Positions 18,532 through 30,582 are shown, counted from the whole stretch's first letter. The stretch: 62,154 nucleotides of DNA, filler included, from Choristocarpus tenellus KU-1152 (GCA_964200185.2; 10 parts of 10 records of this genome joined end to end with filler, not necessarily neighbours in it); one strand, 5' to 3'. Translations and numbers: made by a program. The notes: generated by a model not told the origin, from the letters alone.

Positions 18532-19808
18532 GACCTGGACTTTGATTCTTCCTTTGAGATGAAGGTGACGTCAGCAGGTGCAATCAGTGGGCTTGTGGTT
18601 TCATTTGATGTGGGATTTTTTGCAAATTCAGAATTGCCATCTGGCTGTATGCATCCCCAAATTGCTACAGCTACTTGTACCGAACCTGATGTGCCTGTGG
18701 GGATGATTGAGAAAAAGGCAGAGGGAGAGGTACCCTTCCCAGTGGTGAAGCCTGCCACGAGCTGGTTTTCCACAGGTGTGGAGAGCACTCCGACACACTG
18801 GAAGCAGACGTTACTATGGCTGAGGCCAGAAGATTGTCCCCGTCTTGATGTAGGGGATGCTTTAATAGGTGAGTTTTTCATGAAGTTGAGGGGTTGATAG
18901 CACGGCTCTTGTATGGCATTACAGTTTTGTTTGTTCTCTTTGGCTTGCTCCTTTTACCATGGAGAGGTGATGAGTATCATGACAGATGTACTTTTTTTTA
19001 ATGTCATGGACTATTTTTGGTGGGAAGAAAAAATCTAGCCTTTTTTGAAATGGTAAAACACGAAAATGTTGCTGTTACAGTTTTTTGTAAAGAACCACAT
19101 GAAAGTGACTTTTTTGTGTTTATCAGAATGGTTTCCCGTCTACACTTTTGAAAAGGGTATTCGAACTCTGTAGTTACTGGAAGAGATAGGAAAAGAATGA
19201 AATGAATATGATGTTTTTGTGTGTTTGTCAGAATTATTCCCCATTTATTTTTTTCAAAAAGGGTGTTCAGGTTGGCACAGTGCTATGGAGGGTGTGTCAA
19301 TGACAACAGCTGTACCCAGTTATTGTTCGCAGTGATTTTGTTTTGTCCCAATAGTCGTTTTACCTTTGTAGAAGTTGTGCAGGAGCTTCAAATGGTCTCG
19401 CCCCAAGAAGGTGGTCCATGTGTGATCCATGAAGCTCCGCTCCACTCCATTCCACAATTTTGACACTGATTATGATACGAGTAATGATATTGAAATGGTT
19501 AATAGGTAGTGAAGCACCATAGCTGCCATTATGCAGTGAGGGGTATGTTGCCTTATCTGAGTTCATGGTGGTAGATAGCCTGGTGAGATAAAGATATTAG
19601 AGGGATTATGGCATTTCACCCCCCCAATTTCCTGCTTGTCCTCATATTGTTGTACCTTGCTGATGCATGGGCTCTGCATGCAGGTCAGCTTAGCCTCAGT
19701 CGAAATGAGGTCAATCCGCGAGAGCTAGAGGTCAAGGTCACCTGGTCTGCAACACAACTGCAAACGGGGAAGACTTATGGAGGAATGCAGAGCTACTCGG
19801 TTTGCTGA
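18532..19808 (+). CDS. Protein arginine N-methyltransferase (type I, PRMT1/3-like), last two exons
   Basis: Exons 18532-18868 and 19684-19808 (phase 1). Translation: DLDFDSSFEMKV...GLVVSFDVGF...FSTGVESTPTHWKQTLLWL...GDALIG|QLSLSRNEVNPRELEVKVTW...QSYSVC*. The THW loop and beta-barrel motifs are PRMT hallmarks. Confidence 0.85.
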
Positions 19809-22081
19809 GGGGTTACACTGTGGAAGGGCTACTGTCTTGAGTATAAATGACATAGTTATTGAAATATGTTGATCAAACTGCATGCACATACACGCATACG
19901 TTTTGTTTTGTTGATGGGGAACTCTTTAATCTAATTGGCAGAAGCGTTCTTTACGTTTCCAAACAGAGACGTTTTGGCTGTCCTAAAGCAGGTAATATAG
20001 GCGGATATAAGGAAGTTGTGGGACCTTTTTTTATTTGCTGATATTGTTTAGTATTAATATAACTATTTCTGAAGAGGGAGAGCGTGTAAGGTGCTGGGAC
20101 GTGTGATGTTGTATGGTAAGCCAATTGGGATGTCTTACTGTATAGTGTGGAAAATATCCCTATATCTGTGAGCATCACTATGTGCTCCTGTTAGCTCACA
20201 ATTAATTATTTAACCTATTTTCCCCCTGTGATAGACATACGAAGAGATTGAAAATAAGTGGACTTCTCGCTACTCTATTGTACCATGTAGCAGTTTTGCT
20301 ATGGTGACCGTGTTGCTGTGAGAAGATCTTTTCAAGGCTGGGTCTTTTGAGTTCATAGAGAATGGTAAGAGATGCATATTTGCTTGAGGATTGGTTATGT
20401 TTCTTCCTAGTCAGATCATATTGATGTTGCGCAGATTGAGGAACAGGCTCTGTCTGTCACAAGATCGAAACATAGATGCGGAAATTACATTCAAATGGTG
20501 TGTTATTATCTGAGACAGACTCAGGGCTACCATTCCAGACAAGACAGCCATGCAGAGGCAAATACAAATCACTCAAGCACCAAGGCACAAACAAAACAAA
20601 AACGAAATGAACAATCCACAGTTTCAGTAGGGCACACAGACATGAAAACTTGACTGAGCAATGGTTTTCAGATAGTGCGAGTAGCTATACTTGGCTGGTA
20701 ATAATAATCTCTCTCACAGAAGTAACTCCGTCAAGTTTAGTCCTCCCTCTGCATGAATGACTACATTGTGCAGGCTTCCTACCTGCATTTCGGAGGTTTA
20801 AATCCCGCCCACGTCAGACTTCTATTCCAAGAGAATCTGTGGTTGGTCCCGAGTCCATGTATCAAGCACTGTGGATTGTATACCTATACATTAAGTAAAT
20901 GTGATGTGGTTTGCAGGAACAAGCTCAGGAGAACCCATAGTTGCTATATATGCACACTTATCATTTACTTGTCTGACTGACATGCGGTCTCAACACAGAT
21001 CCCCAGGTCTTAACATCAATGTTTACGAGTAGCTTCTTGTACTTTGGGATTGATCGGGCAACCCACAGCTTATCAACCTCACACTCCACTATATATTAGT
21101 CCAGTTCAAATTTTCAATGCAATTCTATTGTAGCAACCTTTTACGTCTCCCCTTCAGTGATAGCACTTTCCGTGACAGTAGTTTCTGGAGCAAAGAACAT
21201 CAACACACAACTGCTGACTGTGGATTGACCTGTGTTTCTACCGACCTCAACAACTGCTAGTTTGGCTACAAAACACTTGGGTTAACCATGTGAACTATCA
21301 AAACCAGAGTTACTGGATAGGAAAGTCACACAATCGCAAGCAAAACTTGAGCAACAATTGGTAAGAGTAGAGTACGGTGTTGCTATAGTGGTAAGACCTT
21401 CACATAATATTTAGAGTGTTAAAAGGTTTCAGGCGCAGGACGAATTTTTTTTTGTAGGTGTAGGGTCTCGTCCATGTTAAAAATCAACATAGTACCTCTG
21501 GTTAGCATCATCATGCTGATGAATACAAACAAATAGTGAAGGAGAGCTTCTCCATGATACACACCATCCATTTGCAATTTGTACAATGATGTCGTATGAA
21601 CAGGTACAAGAGTCCAACCATTAAGCCCCTCCTCATCCTGCCTTCTACTACTGAGCCTTGCCCAGTACTACTGCCATATTGCCTGATATACTGATGTTGA
21701 AACGGGTATTGTCTCAGGTGTCCTGTTTAATTCAATATCAAAACAAGGGCTGGTTCTGGTTCAATCAACACCCCTCAGACAGAATTTGCCCAGAGAGCTC
21801 TACACAGAGTTATGGTGGATTGTGGGTTGCCCTGTCCCATGAAATAGCAGGTTAGACATTGAAAAAGCCAGAAACCATCAGGTGCAGGTATGACAAAAAA
21901 GGAACAACCTACTCAACCCATTCAACCGCCTTGTCATGGTTTAACTGTACAGAGTAGACTGGTTCAGAGGGGTAGGGTAGAGCTCTAGTAGAGTACAAGT
22001 GACTCTAGGGGATGTGTGCATGAAGCTTGCTATATGTAGGCACCAGGTTCCCCCACCCCCCCCTTGGCAAAGACTTTGTGT

Positions 22082-22256
22082 GAGTCAAAGTATCTGGGGG
22101 GAGGGGGTGGTTTGTGAGGGGGCATCCGTTTCGGTCAAACTCTTTTTTTTGCTGACATTTCAAATCCGACACATGGGACCAAATCACACCAAAACGTGAA
22201 AATCGAAAAAAGGGTGAAAAACGGACGCCGACCCCCTCTCCCAGATACTTTGACCC
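22082..22256. mobile_element. Full MITE, subfamily B (175 bp)
   Basis: TIRs GAGTCAAAGTATCTGGG ... CCCAGATACTTTGACCC. No clear TSD (GTGT vs TGCC). Confidence 0.75.
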
Positions 22257-23051
22257 TGCCAGTTGGATAGCAAATGTCAAATGTATGTTCTCTTGAGTAA
22301 AAACATGTTTATTTTGTCCTGCACCCAAGTCAAAGGTTTGATTGTCGTGTGACTGTGGACTCTAGTTCTGGGCAACATATTCTATGCGTATCACACCAAA
22401 ACAGCCCCTTGGCAACACACTTGAAGGAACATGCTATCATAAATTGCAGAGATATCTTCCTGTCACTATTTTCTAAAGGCTTTGCATCACATCAGTCAGT
22501 GCCTAAAAATGCTTTTGAGTGAGATGAGCCTTGTGTACAGATAGTAACCTTAGAGAACAAGCTCTTCGAATGAAGGCTCAGGGTGTTTGCATGTAACAGG
22601 AGACTGTTAACCACTTTTTATCACAATAAAAAACTGTGTACGCGGTATCAAACTGTACCAAAACAATCAAAGCGCGAGGTGAGGAGTAAGGATTACCACA
22701 TCTCCCTTCACTGTCCATGGACACGAGCCTGTTGAAACCCATGAGCAAAAACCACAGGTTCAATTACCTCAATACAAAAAAAGTGCTAACATTGTGACAA
22801 AGACACAACATGGAGTAAACTATACATTGATAAAACACCAGCAGAAGCTATTGAGACTTTCCTCTCCCTGACCAGTCAGACGACCCCCACCAAGGGCCAT
22901 CTAAGAACTCACAAAAGCTTACAGTACCCTGAGGGTCACAAACTGTAATCAATACAACTTATTATTGCATGATGACTTGAAAAGTCATCCACAGTAGCAG
23001 GATAAACTAACCTTTACCTGCCCCACTCCCACCCCCTTTCATGCCTTGCTG

Positions 23052-24741
23052 TCATCGAGCCTCAGTCTCGCTCTCCGATTCTGGTTTCCCTGTTGCTGGG
23101 ATTGGTCCTGAGGAGGAGGGCGTTGGTGCTAGCAATGCGGCCTGGTCGACAGCTGTACTACTGCCAAATCCTCCTATCCTCCACTTTTGCAGCTGATCTC
23201 TCCATTCTTCAATGACCGCAGGCGTCATGACAAATACGACCAAATTGAGCAATCCTTGCAGTGTCTGGAATGTATACTGGAGAATGTATAGCCAGTAGAC
23301 TGCCCCATACGGGTCCACTGCCTCAAGCACACGGTTAACTGTTGCCCAACTCCAGCAGACAATCAGTACAACTGGATACATTCGCATGCGATTGATGATG
23401 CTGAATGATGCCAATCCCTCCCCTCCTTCGCTACCTGCCTCTGTAGTGTCCTCCTCCCGGTACACAGCCATGGATGCCTCCAACCCTCTCATAGAATGCA
23501 TTACCTTTGAGTACATGAATAGGTTAACCGTAACGGATATCCATAATGGCACATAGATGATTGCAAACCGCCAAAAGGTGCCCCATACAAAGCTCTTGAG
23601 ATCTTGCGAGGTGATGGAGCACCAGGCCCCAGCATCCCCGTAGCTATTGGTCGTGAATGGTAGTGCTGAAAACACCGCTGGGAGGACCCAGCACACTATA
23701 CACACAGTCTTCATGCGCTGCGCATGGGTGAAGAAAGGGAACAGGGGGAAAGAGGAAATTGGAGTGGGCTCACAACAACAGCAATCAGAAAAAAACGCGA
23801 AGTTTGCTAGCTCTTTGTTGTTCATCATACATCTGTGTTTCCTAGAAAGCATATTCAGAATAGAGCTCGCCGATATTTTCTACTGTTGAAGAGATATGAG
23901 GGCGGCCTACCTCCTGCATGGAGAAGTCATGCTTGATAATCATTTGGTAGCAGAGTAATGAGATCGCCGTGATGAGACAAAACTCTACGACTGCGAAGTA
24001 GACACGTGAAAATCCTTGGATGTAGCACTTCACCCTGCGGGTGGAAGCATAAAAAACAATGGAAGGAGGGGGTCAGTCCATCAAAGTGCAGAAATGTATC
24101 TATTGACGGACCATATACGAGCTGATTTCAGGTGAAGCTGGAACTCCTCACCTTGAACTAGAAACGGGATCTTCGCTACACACGACTCGAAGGAAGGACT
24201 CGTGGCCAGATTCCACTGACCAAGCAAGGAGTTGAGTTGTGCGTGGATTATGAGCCTTTGTGTCACTCACGTTGCATCTCTCCTGGCTTGCCCCATGAGA
24301 TACGCAGAATCTAGCAGTAGGTTGGCCAATGCCATCATTGTTATGAGCTTGTAGGCGAAAGTGTGTAGTCTCGAAAACTTGAAATATGTAGCGATGATGA
24401 ACAGGGAGGAGAGAGCAGAAACAGCTGATATGTAGAGCTGGGACAGCAGCGGGAAAATAATGGGGGGGGGAAACGGCCGGCAAAGTTGAAAGTTAGAGGT
24501 AGAGGTCTTGTCAGACACACATTTTGCAGCTTCGGGAGCCTGGGAACCCATAGGTTATTAAGATACTCTATAGGGTGTCAAGTTTATTCAAAGTAAGAAG
24601 TATTCACGCTCTGATTGTGTCAGGGGGAGGGTTCACCGAGACGCCAATGAGAACTTCTTGCTCCTCTAGAGTGAAGGCACTCTCAGGGGCTTGGCGATGT
24701 TGATGAGAATCACTCTGGGAGGACGACCAGGATGAAGACAT
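23052..24741 (-). CDS. 7TM G-protein-coupled receptor-like protein, Dictyostelium cAMP receptor / plant GCR1 family, 353 aa, complete
   Basis: Exons 24637-24741, 24271-24437, 23911-24034 and 23052-23717 with phases 0/2/0. There are seven hydrophobic stretches and family motifs: S.LSSLFII.TY..F..L, KCYIQG, LPFTTNSYGDAGAWC.I, RF...YVPLW, R...YP.VLIVCW...TVNR, LQG.LN..VF. Confidence 0.88.
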
Positions 24742-24990
24742 TGATATTCTGCCACTATCTCGCTTTGGGAGATCTTCCCTCTTGAGTCCCCCTTTGGTGT
24801 GCCTCAGGGTTGGCGATGGTTCCCTTCCCACTGCATCATCAAAAAAGCTACCAATGAAGGATGTAGTTTTCTTGGGAGTTAATTTTTACCCTATCAAAGG
24901 AGAAAGGCGTTTGTTTGGTGGTTCGATTGGATTTTTTTTTTTAAATGAGCAGGGGAGTGAATTGAAATTGAAGGAGGGTAGGCATGGGGT

Positions 24991-26199
24991 ATGAGAAACC
25001 GACACATCCCATCCCTTGCCACGGTGAACATATCACTGATCCTCACGAGGATTTTCGCACGGGGACAAGCCCTAGTGCTAGGCAATTGGCGGCATCACGC
25101 ATTCCACTCTGTGCCCGAACGAAGACCTTTGCCTTCACACTCTCGTCACGTTCGTGAACGACTGGCGCATGATACAAGCCCTTCAATAACTGGTCTGCAC
25201 CCCCTGTTAGCTGAACCACCTCTCATGCCATCGGATCATGTCTCTTTACCCCTTAAGGATCATCGCAACCATTTCCTCTTCTCTGGCAACGCACGTTCTA
25301 GCATTCCTGATGGTGCTGTCCTAGATACCTCGGACATCGAAGATAGCCCCCTTGCCCTGGTGGTATTAAATACTGAGCGTGATAGAGAGAGCAGAGAAAT
25401 TTTGCGGCATCTTTGGTCTCAGGCATCACTCAGACTGTGTGCTGATGGCGGCGCTAACCGACTGTACGATAGTCTTGAAGAGGCAGACCGCACGAGCTTC
25501 GTGCCTGATGTAATCGTTGGAGACCTGGACTCGCTCAGACCGGAGGTGTGTAGCTTCTACCAGGGACTGGGGTCCAAGGTCAGGAGAGAGCAGGACCAGG
25601 ATCACAATGACTTCGAGAAGTGCCTTGTTGAAGTTGAGAGGCTTGCTGGAACCACACTCCGTGAAGGGACGAATGATCTGGGGACGACTAAATGTCTTGA
25701 GACTGGGTTTGACTCGAGGAAGGAGGGGAGGGGAGGAGAGCAAGGGCGGAAATATGGTGAGGTGGAAACCGTGACAGCAACGAGGTGGATGGTAGATCAA
25801 TTCACTGTCGTGGGTCTGGGGGCTTTCGGGGGACGTTTTGACCATGAGATGGCGGCAATGAGCCTCCTACACACCTACACAGCTCGATTCCACCGTCTCG
25901 TGCTCCTAGGCAGCGGCAATATCGCCTTTCTGTTGGATGAGGACCATAAGCATATCATCTGCCCTGACAGGAGGTTTGAGGGGCCGACTTGTGGCCTCTT
26001 TCCGATTGGTGGACCCTGTCAGTCTGTCACTACGAAAGGGCTGCAGTGGAACCTTGAGGAAGGCCACCTTGAGTTTGGGATCTTGGTGAGCACTTCCAAT
26101 TGTATAACAGGAGCTGAAGTCCAGGTAAAAACTGATTCGCCACTGGTTTGGAACGTCGAGTTCCTTACTGCTGAATGGCTGCGTATAGTTTCAGGTTGA
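24991..26199 (+). CDS. TPK1: Thiamine pyrophosphokinase, single exon, 402 aa with N-terminal extension
   Basis: Motifs ALVVLN, LCADGGANRLYD, PDVIVGDLDSLR, DQDHNDFEK, GAFGGRFDH, EGPTCGLFPIG, VTTKGLQWNL and LVSTSN. Confidence 0.95.
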   Translation: MRNRHIPSLATVNISLILTRIFARGQALVLGNWRHHAFHSVPERRPLPSHSRHVRERLAHDTSPSITGLHPLLAEPPLMPSDHVSLPLKDHRNHFLFSGNARSSIPDGAVLDTSDIEDSPLALVVLNTERDRESREILRHLWSQASLRLCADGGANRLYDSLEEADRTSFVPDVIVGDLDSLRPEVCSFYQGLGSKVRREQDQDHNDFEKCLVEVERLAGTTLREGTNDLGTTKCLETGFDSRKEGRGGEQGRKYGEVETVTATRWMVDQFTVVGLGAFGGRFDHEMAAMSLLHTYTARFHRLVLLGSGNIAFLLDEDHKHIICPDRRFEGPTCGLFPIGGPCQSVTTKGLQWNLEEGHLEFGILVSTSNCITGAEVQVKTDSPLVWNVEFLTAEWLRIVSG

Positions 26200-27767
26200 T
26201 GGTGATAATGCTGTTGTTACCTGTAATTCTGACTTTTTTATGTCATGAAGTGCAATACGCAGGTGTTTCTTCTATGTGGATTGAAGGGGTTGATGTATAT
26301 TGCCATGAGCTTTTTAAATTGGACCATAATCTACGTACTAGATCATTGTCTGACTGACAGAATTCCCAGCGCATGCACAGGGTAAGTCGTTACCTAGCAC
26401 ACAAGGACGTACATAGGATTGATGCGGAAGGGTGAGCCAAGTTTGTCCACGCCGCAAGTCAGCTCATTAACCATGTGGGGTCATTTAACTTCTCCTCTGT
26501 TGTCTTACCTCCTACCATGTCTAGGATTCAACTTACTTTGCACTGTTTGGCCCTAGGTTAGCATAGGGTAGCTATGGCATCAAGCTGAATTTATGATGCT
26601 GTACAGATTGTGATGTACAAGCTCTGGTTGACTGTTCTCCTACCTTGCTATATTCTCCTTAAAAAAAAATGACTGCATCATCAGGAACGCGAGGGAATTA
26701 TTAAAAAATATACTTTGAATTCCTATACAAAAGTGAACCTTGCACGGTCTACTGTATACAAATTCAAGTCTCATTCCTTCCTGGCAGTATGAAGAGGACC
26801 CTCATTTCTCATTATTTAAAGGTATGGTTATTTGTGCTCCACCGAGAAATTATCCTCATAACCTCATTGAAATGTACTGTGCCTTGATATCCCCGAGAGG
26901 CATGGGGCTACGTGATCTAATCAACGCAACTCTGTCACGTGTGCCTGGGGGAGTGGGGCACTTTCATCTCCTACCCAAATTTGTTTCAGCAGACTGGATG
27001 TGGCGGTAGAGAACGGGGTCACTCCCCTTGATTGCTCATATGGATGCGGTTGCTGCCCCCACACTTTTGAAAAGCAGGGGGGTATCTGACCGTATTGGAG
27101 GGTGATTCTTCGTGAAATAGTTTTATTCCGTGATTCATGTTTGCATTGAATCTCGATACTATATATAGCAAGTCTCACAAAGGAAGTTTAGAATCCGTAG
27201 ATTACTGTGAAGTGGTGATATAATTTTTAACTTAATGCTGGTGTACACTTGATCAAAGGGGAGCCGGCACTGCTCCAGTCTGAATTGATGATGAATGTTG
27301 GATCTGTGGAATGGGAGGAGAAATCAACAAAGCTGGCTACTTCTGATGTCCTCCTAGTAACCTTGTCCCTAATCTTCATTGTGTTTTAAAAAAGAGTCAA
27401 GCCCAAAAGGGTTGAAATCATTCTATTGATTGCAGTCATTCAGTGTGAAAACTTAAAATATGTTGTGTGAGAGGAGTATTGACCTTTTTTTTCAAATTTG
27501 TTGAGGTTTTAAATTGAAATTAAAGACAAATAGTGTGGTTGAGAGGTGTGCGGAAAGGAGAATGCATTTCATTGGCTTGCCCAAAAATCGAGAAATGGAA
27601 AAATGGACCCTGAATGGACAGCCGNNNNNNNNNNNNNNNNNNNNNNNNNNNNNNNNNNNNNNNNNNNNTTAATTAATTAANNNNNNNNNNNNNNNNNNNN
27701 NNNNNNNNNNNNNNNNNNNNNNNNTTCTTGTTGTGTGGGAGAGGGGGGAGGAGAATAAAGAAAGAAA

Positions 27768-27801
<34 letters not shown>

Positions 27802-28038
27802 CGAATAGAAAAATGTCTTAAAGATGAATGAAGTCAAAGGATGAAGGTGCACGGGGCGATGAATTCTAGCTTACAGCCATGTTATGTAACTTTCTCCTGC
27901 ATATGCTCATTTTAACACCGCTACTTGGGTGACATACGGAGCACTGAGTACTGGTGTTGTTAAGGTGCGGTTTGGATGGAGGCGGTGTGGTGTACTATGC
28001 TTACTATCTCTCACTAGTGAAGTGTAAAAACCCCACAC

Positions 28039-29662
28039 CTTTGAGTTGCATCTTTCAATGAACGTGAACGTAGCTCTGAAGGTGCGACCGGACATGACTC
28101 GCTTCTGGTGTAGAGTATGTGTCCCATGACAGCCAAGTGTGGGGTAGGGTAGGCCCAGGGGTCAAACGTGTGACCATCACGTGCTTAAAGAGAATTCCCC
28201 CGCCTCCTGATGATAGGTTGAAAACATGACAAAACCCCTAGCAAGATCCTTGGAACATAGCAGCTGATGATACTTACTTCACATACAGGCAGTAATGATG
28301 CACGCTCATGGTCAGGCAGTTAACATGATTCCTCGCTTCAAAACTCAAGGGTTAGCATGCCCATGAAACGACTTGACTGTGCCCTGGACACAACATTTCT
28401 TCAAGTCCAATTTAATTGAACGGACTCAATCACTCCTCACGGAACTTAAGACTGGCCCATCAATATTTCGGCAGGTACCCTTCCTTCCCCAATCCCCCAG
28501 ATCAACCTTTCCCTACCCTAATGACATCAGCCCACACCGCGTTTCCAAAATATGTTTGTGTTTCCGAAATATGTGTAAGTGCACCTGCAAGCCCTCTCTT
28601 GCAGGCGCGTTGTCCCCGAACCTGGTGTTGCCTGTGAGTAGACCTACTTGCCTGACTCCCCTTTTTGTGCCCCTGATGTTGAGCCAAGCCTCAGGTAGGG
28701 GGTCACAGGTGTGGTACTCTTTGTCCCGGCCACCATCAACGATAAGCACTCCTCGATGGAAAAAGAGGGGTGAAGGCAAGGGAGACAAGTCGATGTCCTC
28801 TCGAACACGGTCAACTCCCAAGGAAGCCTTGATCATCAGAGGATGCAAAAAAAATAAGAAATAGGGTTAGGTTTAGGGTTAGGTTTAGGGTTAGGTTTAG
28901 GGTTGGTCGGAGCCAGATGAAAGAAAATATTTTTTTAGATCGTAAAGGATGACATACAGCCCTTTGTTGAAAAATGATATTGTGTGCATGTGGACTGCTC
29001 CCTCTCTATTTATTTTGACCCTGTGCTGCCTATTGTATCCTTTTCGTAGAGTTAGCACTGAACTATGCACCAGTGGTTTTGTCCAAGTAGCATGATAAAG
29101 CAGTTTGTGGCACTTGTTTTTTTGGGGGCGGAGATAGAATATACTACGTAGTGGTATAAAGGAGGACAAAACATGTTGTATTTATAGGGTGTGTGTATGC
29201 CTTGAAGTATACATATTATTTTCAATACACGCCAATGATCCCACTACTCCATGTGTAGATACATAGTAATACTCAAATATATCACCGCTCTAACAAGACA
29301 ACTTCAATCTCCAGGAGGTGATATGAATGATGGATGGCATTTTGTTGAGACAAGGGAATGTTCTCAGGGGTTTAGCAATCCGACTAGGCACATCTGCCAC
29401 CAAGACTACAGCTGACTGTGATACCCTCTACTGCATGGAAAGCAGGGAGTGTCAGCTTTCAACCTTCCTTCAACCCTGAAAGACAGGAACTAAGTTATGC
29501 ACCTGAATTAGTCCTGAGATAAAGGAATGGTTTGGATCCCCACCTCCCACGCCTATAGCCTGACTATTGACCAACCCACCCACTAGTTACCTTCAGCAGC
29601 AGTAGTCCCCCTGCAAAACATGCTGCCTTCGATGTGAGAACTATTGGTGATTGCATGTCCAC
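28039..29662 (-). CDS. Internal exons of an unidentified protein
   Basis: Three stop-free phase-0 exons with AG/GT ends: 29591-29662 (VDMQSPIVLTSKAACFAGGLLLLK), 28585-28827 (ASLGVDRVRED...PAREGLQ) and 28039-28104 (KRVMSGRTFRATFTFIERCNSK). I recognise no family. Confidence 0.5.
28862..28904 (+). repeat. Interstitial telomere-like repeat (TTAGGG/TTAGGT alternating)
   Basis: TAGGGTTAGGTTTAGGGTTAGGTTTAGGGTTAGGTTTAGGGTT. Confidence 0.8.
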
Positions 29663-29734
29663 CTGTGCATCATTGTAGGACAGGACAAGACTCGGGTCAT
29701 ACACAATACTTTGCTCTGAATAAATGAAGATTCA

Positions 29735-29991
29735 GATGAAAGTATCTTATAAGGTAGGGGCTTTTCCCTGTTTGTCTGTTTGGGGCTTGGCTTCCCATGG
29801 GTTCTTCATGACATTTTCCTACTCCGAAATGTTTCAGGGCAGGCAAGATGTATACATTATGAAGAGGTGTGCCCGGAACAAGGATGTTGACACTTCCTAA
29901 CAAATACGATGACCAAAATTACATAAAAATCGTAACATTGGATTTTGGGCCCCAAACAGATGCGGCTTTACCCTCTAAGATACTTTGATTC
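29735..29991 (-). mobile_element. Full, diverged MITE subfamily A, reverse orientation
   Basis: Reverse complement aligns with 31441-31702. Flanks are TTCA/TTTA (3 of 4 match). Confidence 0.8.
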
Positions 29992-30582
29992 TTTACAACC
30001 ATAAGAGGGTTGGGTATGCCGAGCTCTTATTGGAGCTCAAACAGGCAAATTTCCTTGCTTGGGCAACAAAAAATATACCAATCCTAACTTGTTAAGAATC
30101 ATATGCTGGTGTGAGCCAGAGTAAATGAGAGGTACCCAGGTTTTGGACGTTTTTACATTATATGCCAGTTTTTTTATCTTTGGTATTTCACCCATATTTC
30201 TATGGGTGGTGTCAAGTATGATTTGAGTGAGTTGATTTCTCAATCGTTATAAAATTTTCAACACAATTTGGAACACATCCTATATGGGTTTGTGAAAAAA
30301 GTCGAATTTTGCACATATTTGCAGGCATCCTTACGATGAAACTCTGGGAACCTCTCGGTTACTTTGATTCATTGCACTATTCGAACCCCTTTTGGGGGCA
30401 GGGGGTAGGGCGTGGGGGGGGGGGGGGGGCCCTCGGGGGGCGTCTATGTTACCATCCATAACAAGTCCCTCCCCAGAGAGAANNNNNNNNNNNNNNNNNN
30501 NNNNNNNNNNNNNNNNNNNNNNNNNNTTAATTAATTAANNNNNNNNNNNNNNNNNNNNNNNNNNNNNNNNNNNNNNNNNNNN

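Noticed and set aside
26560-26700. TPP riboswitch downstream of TPK (GCGAGGGAA at about 26688)
   Set aside because: The upstream CUGAGA and the P2/P4/P5 elements are absent. Only a short chance match remains.
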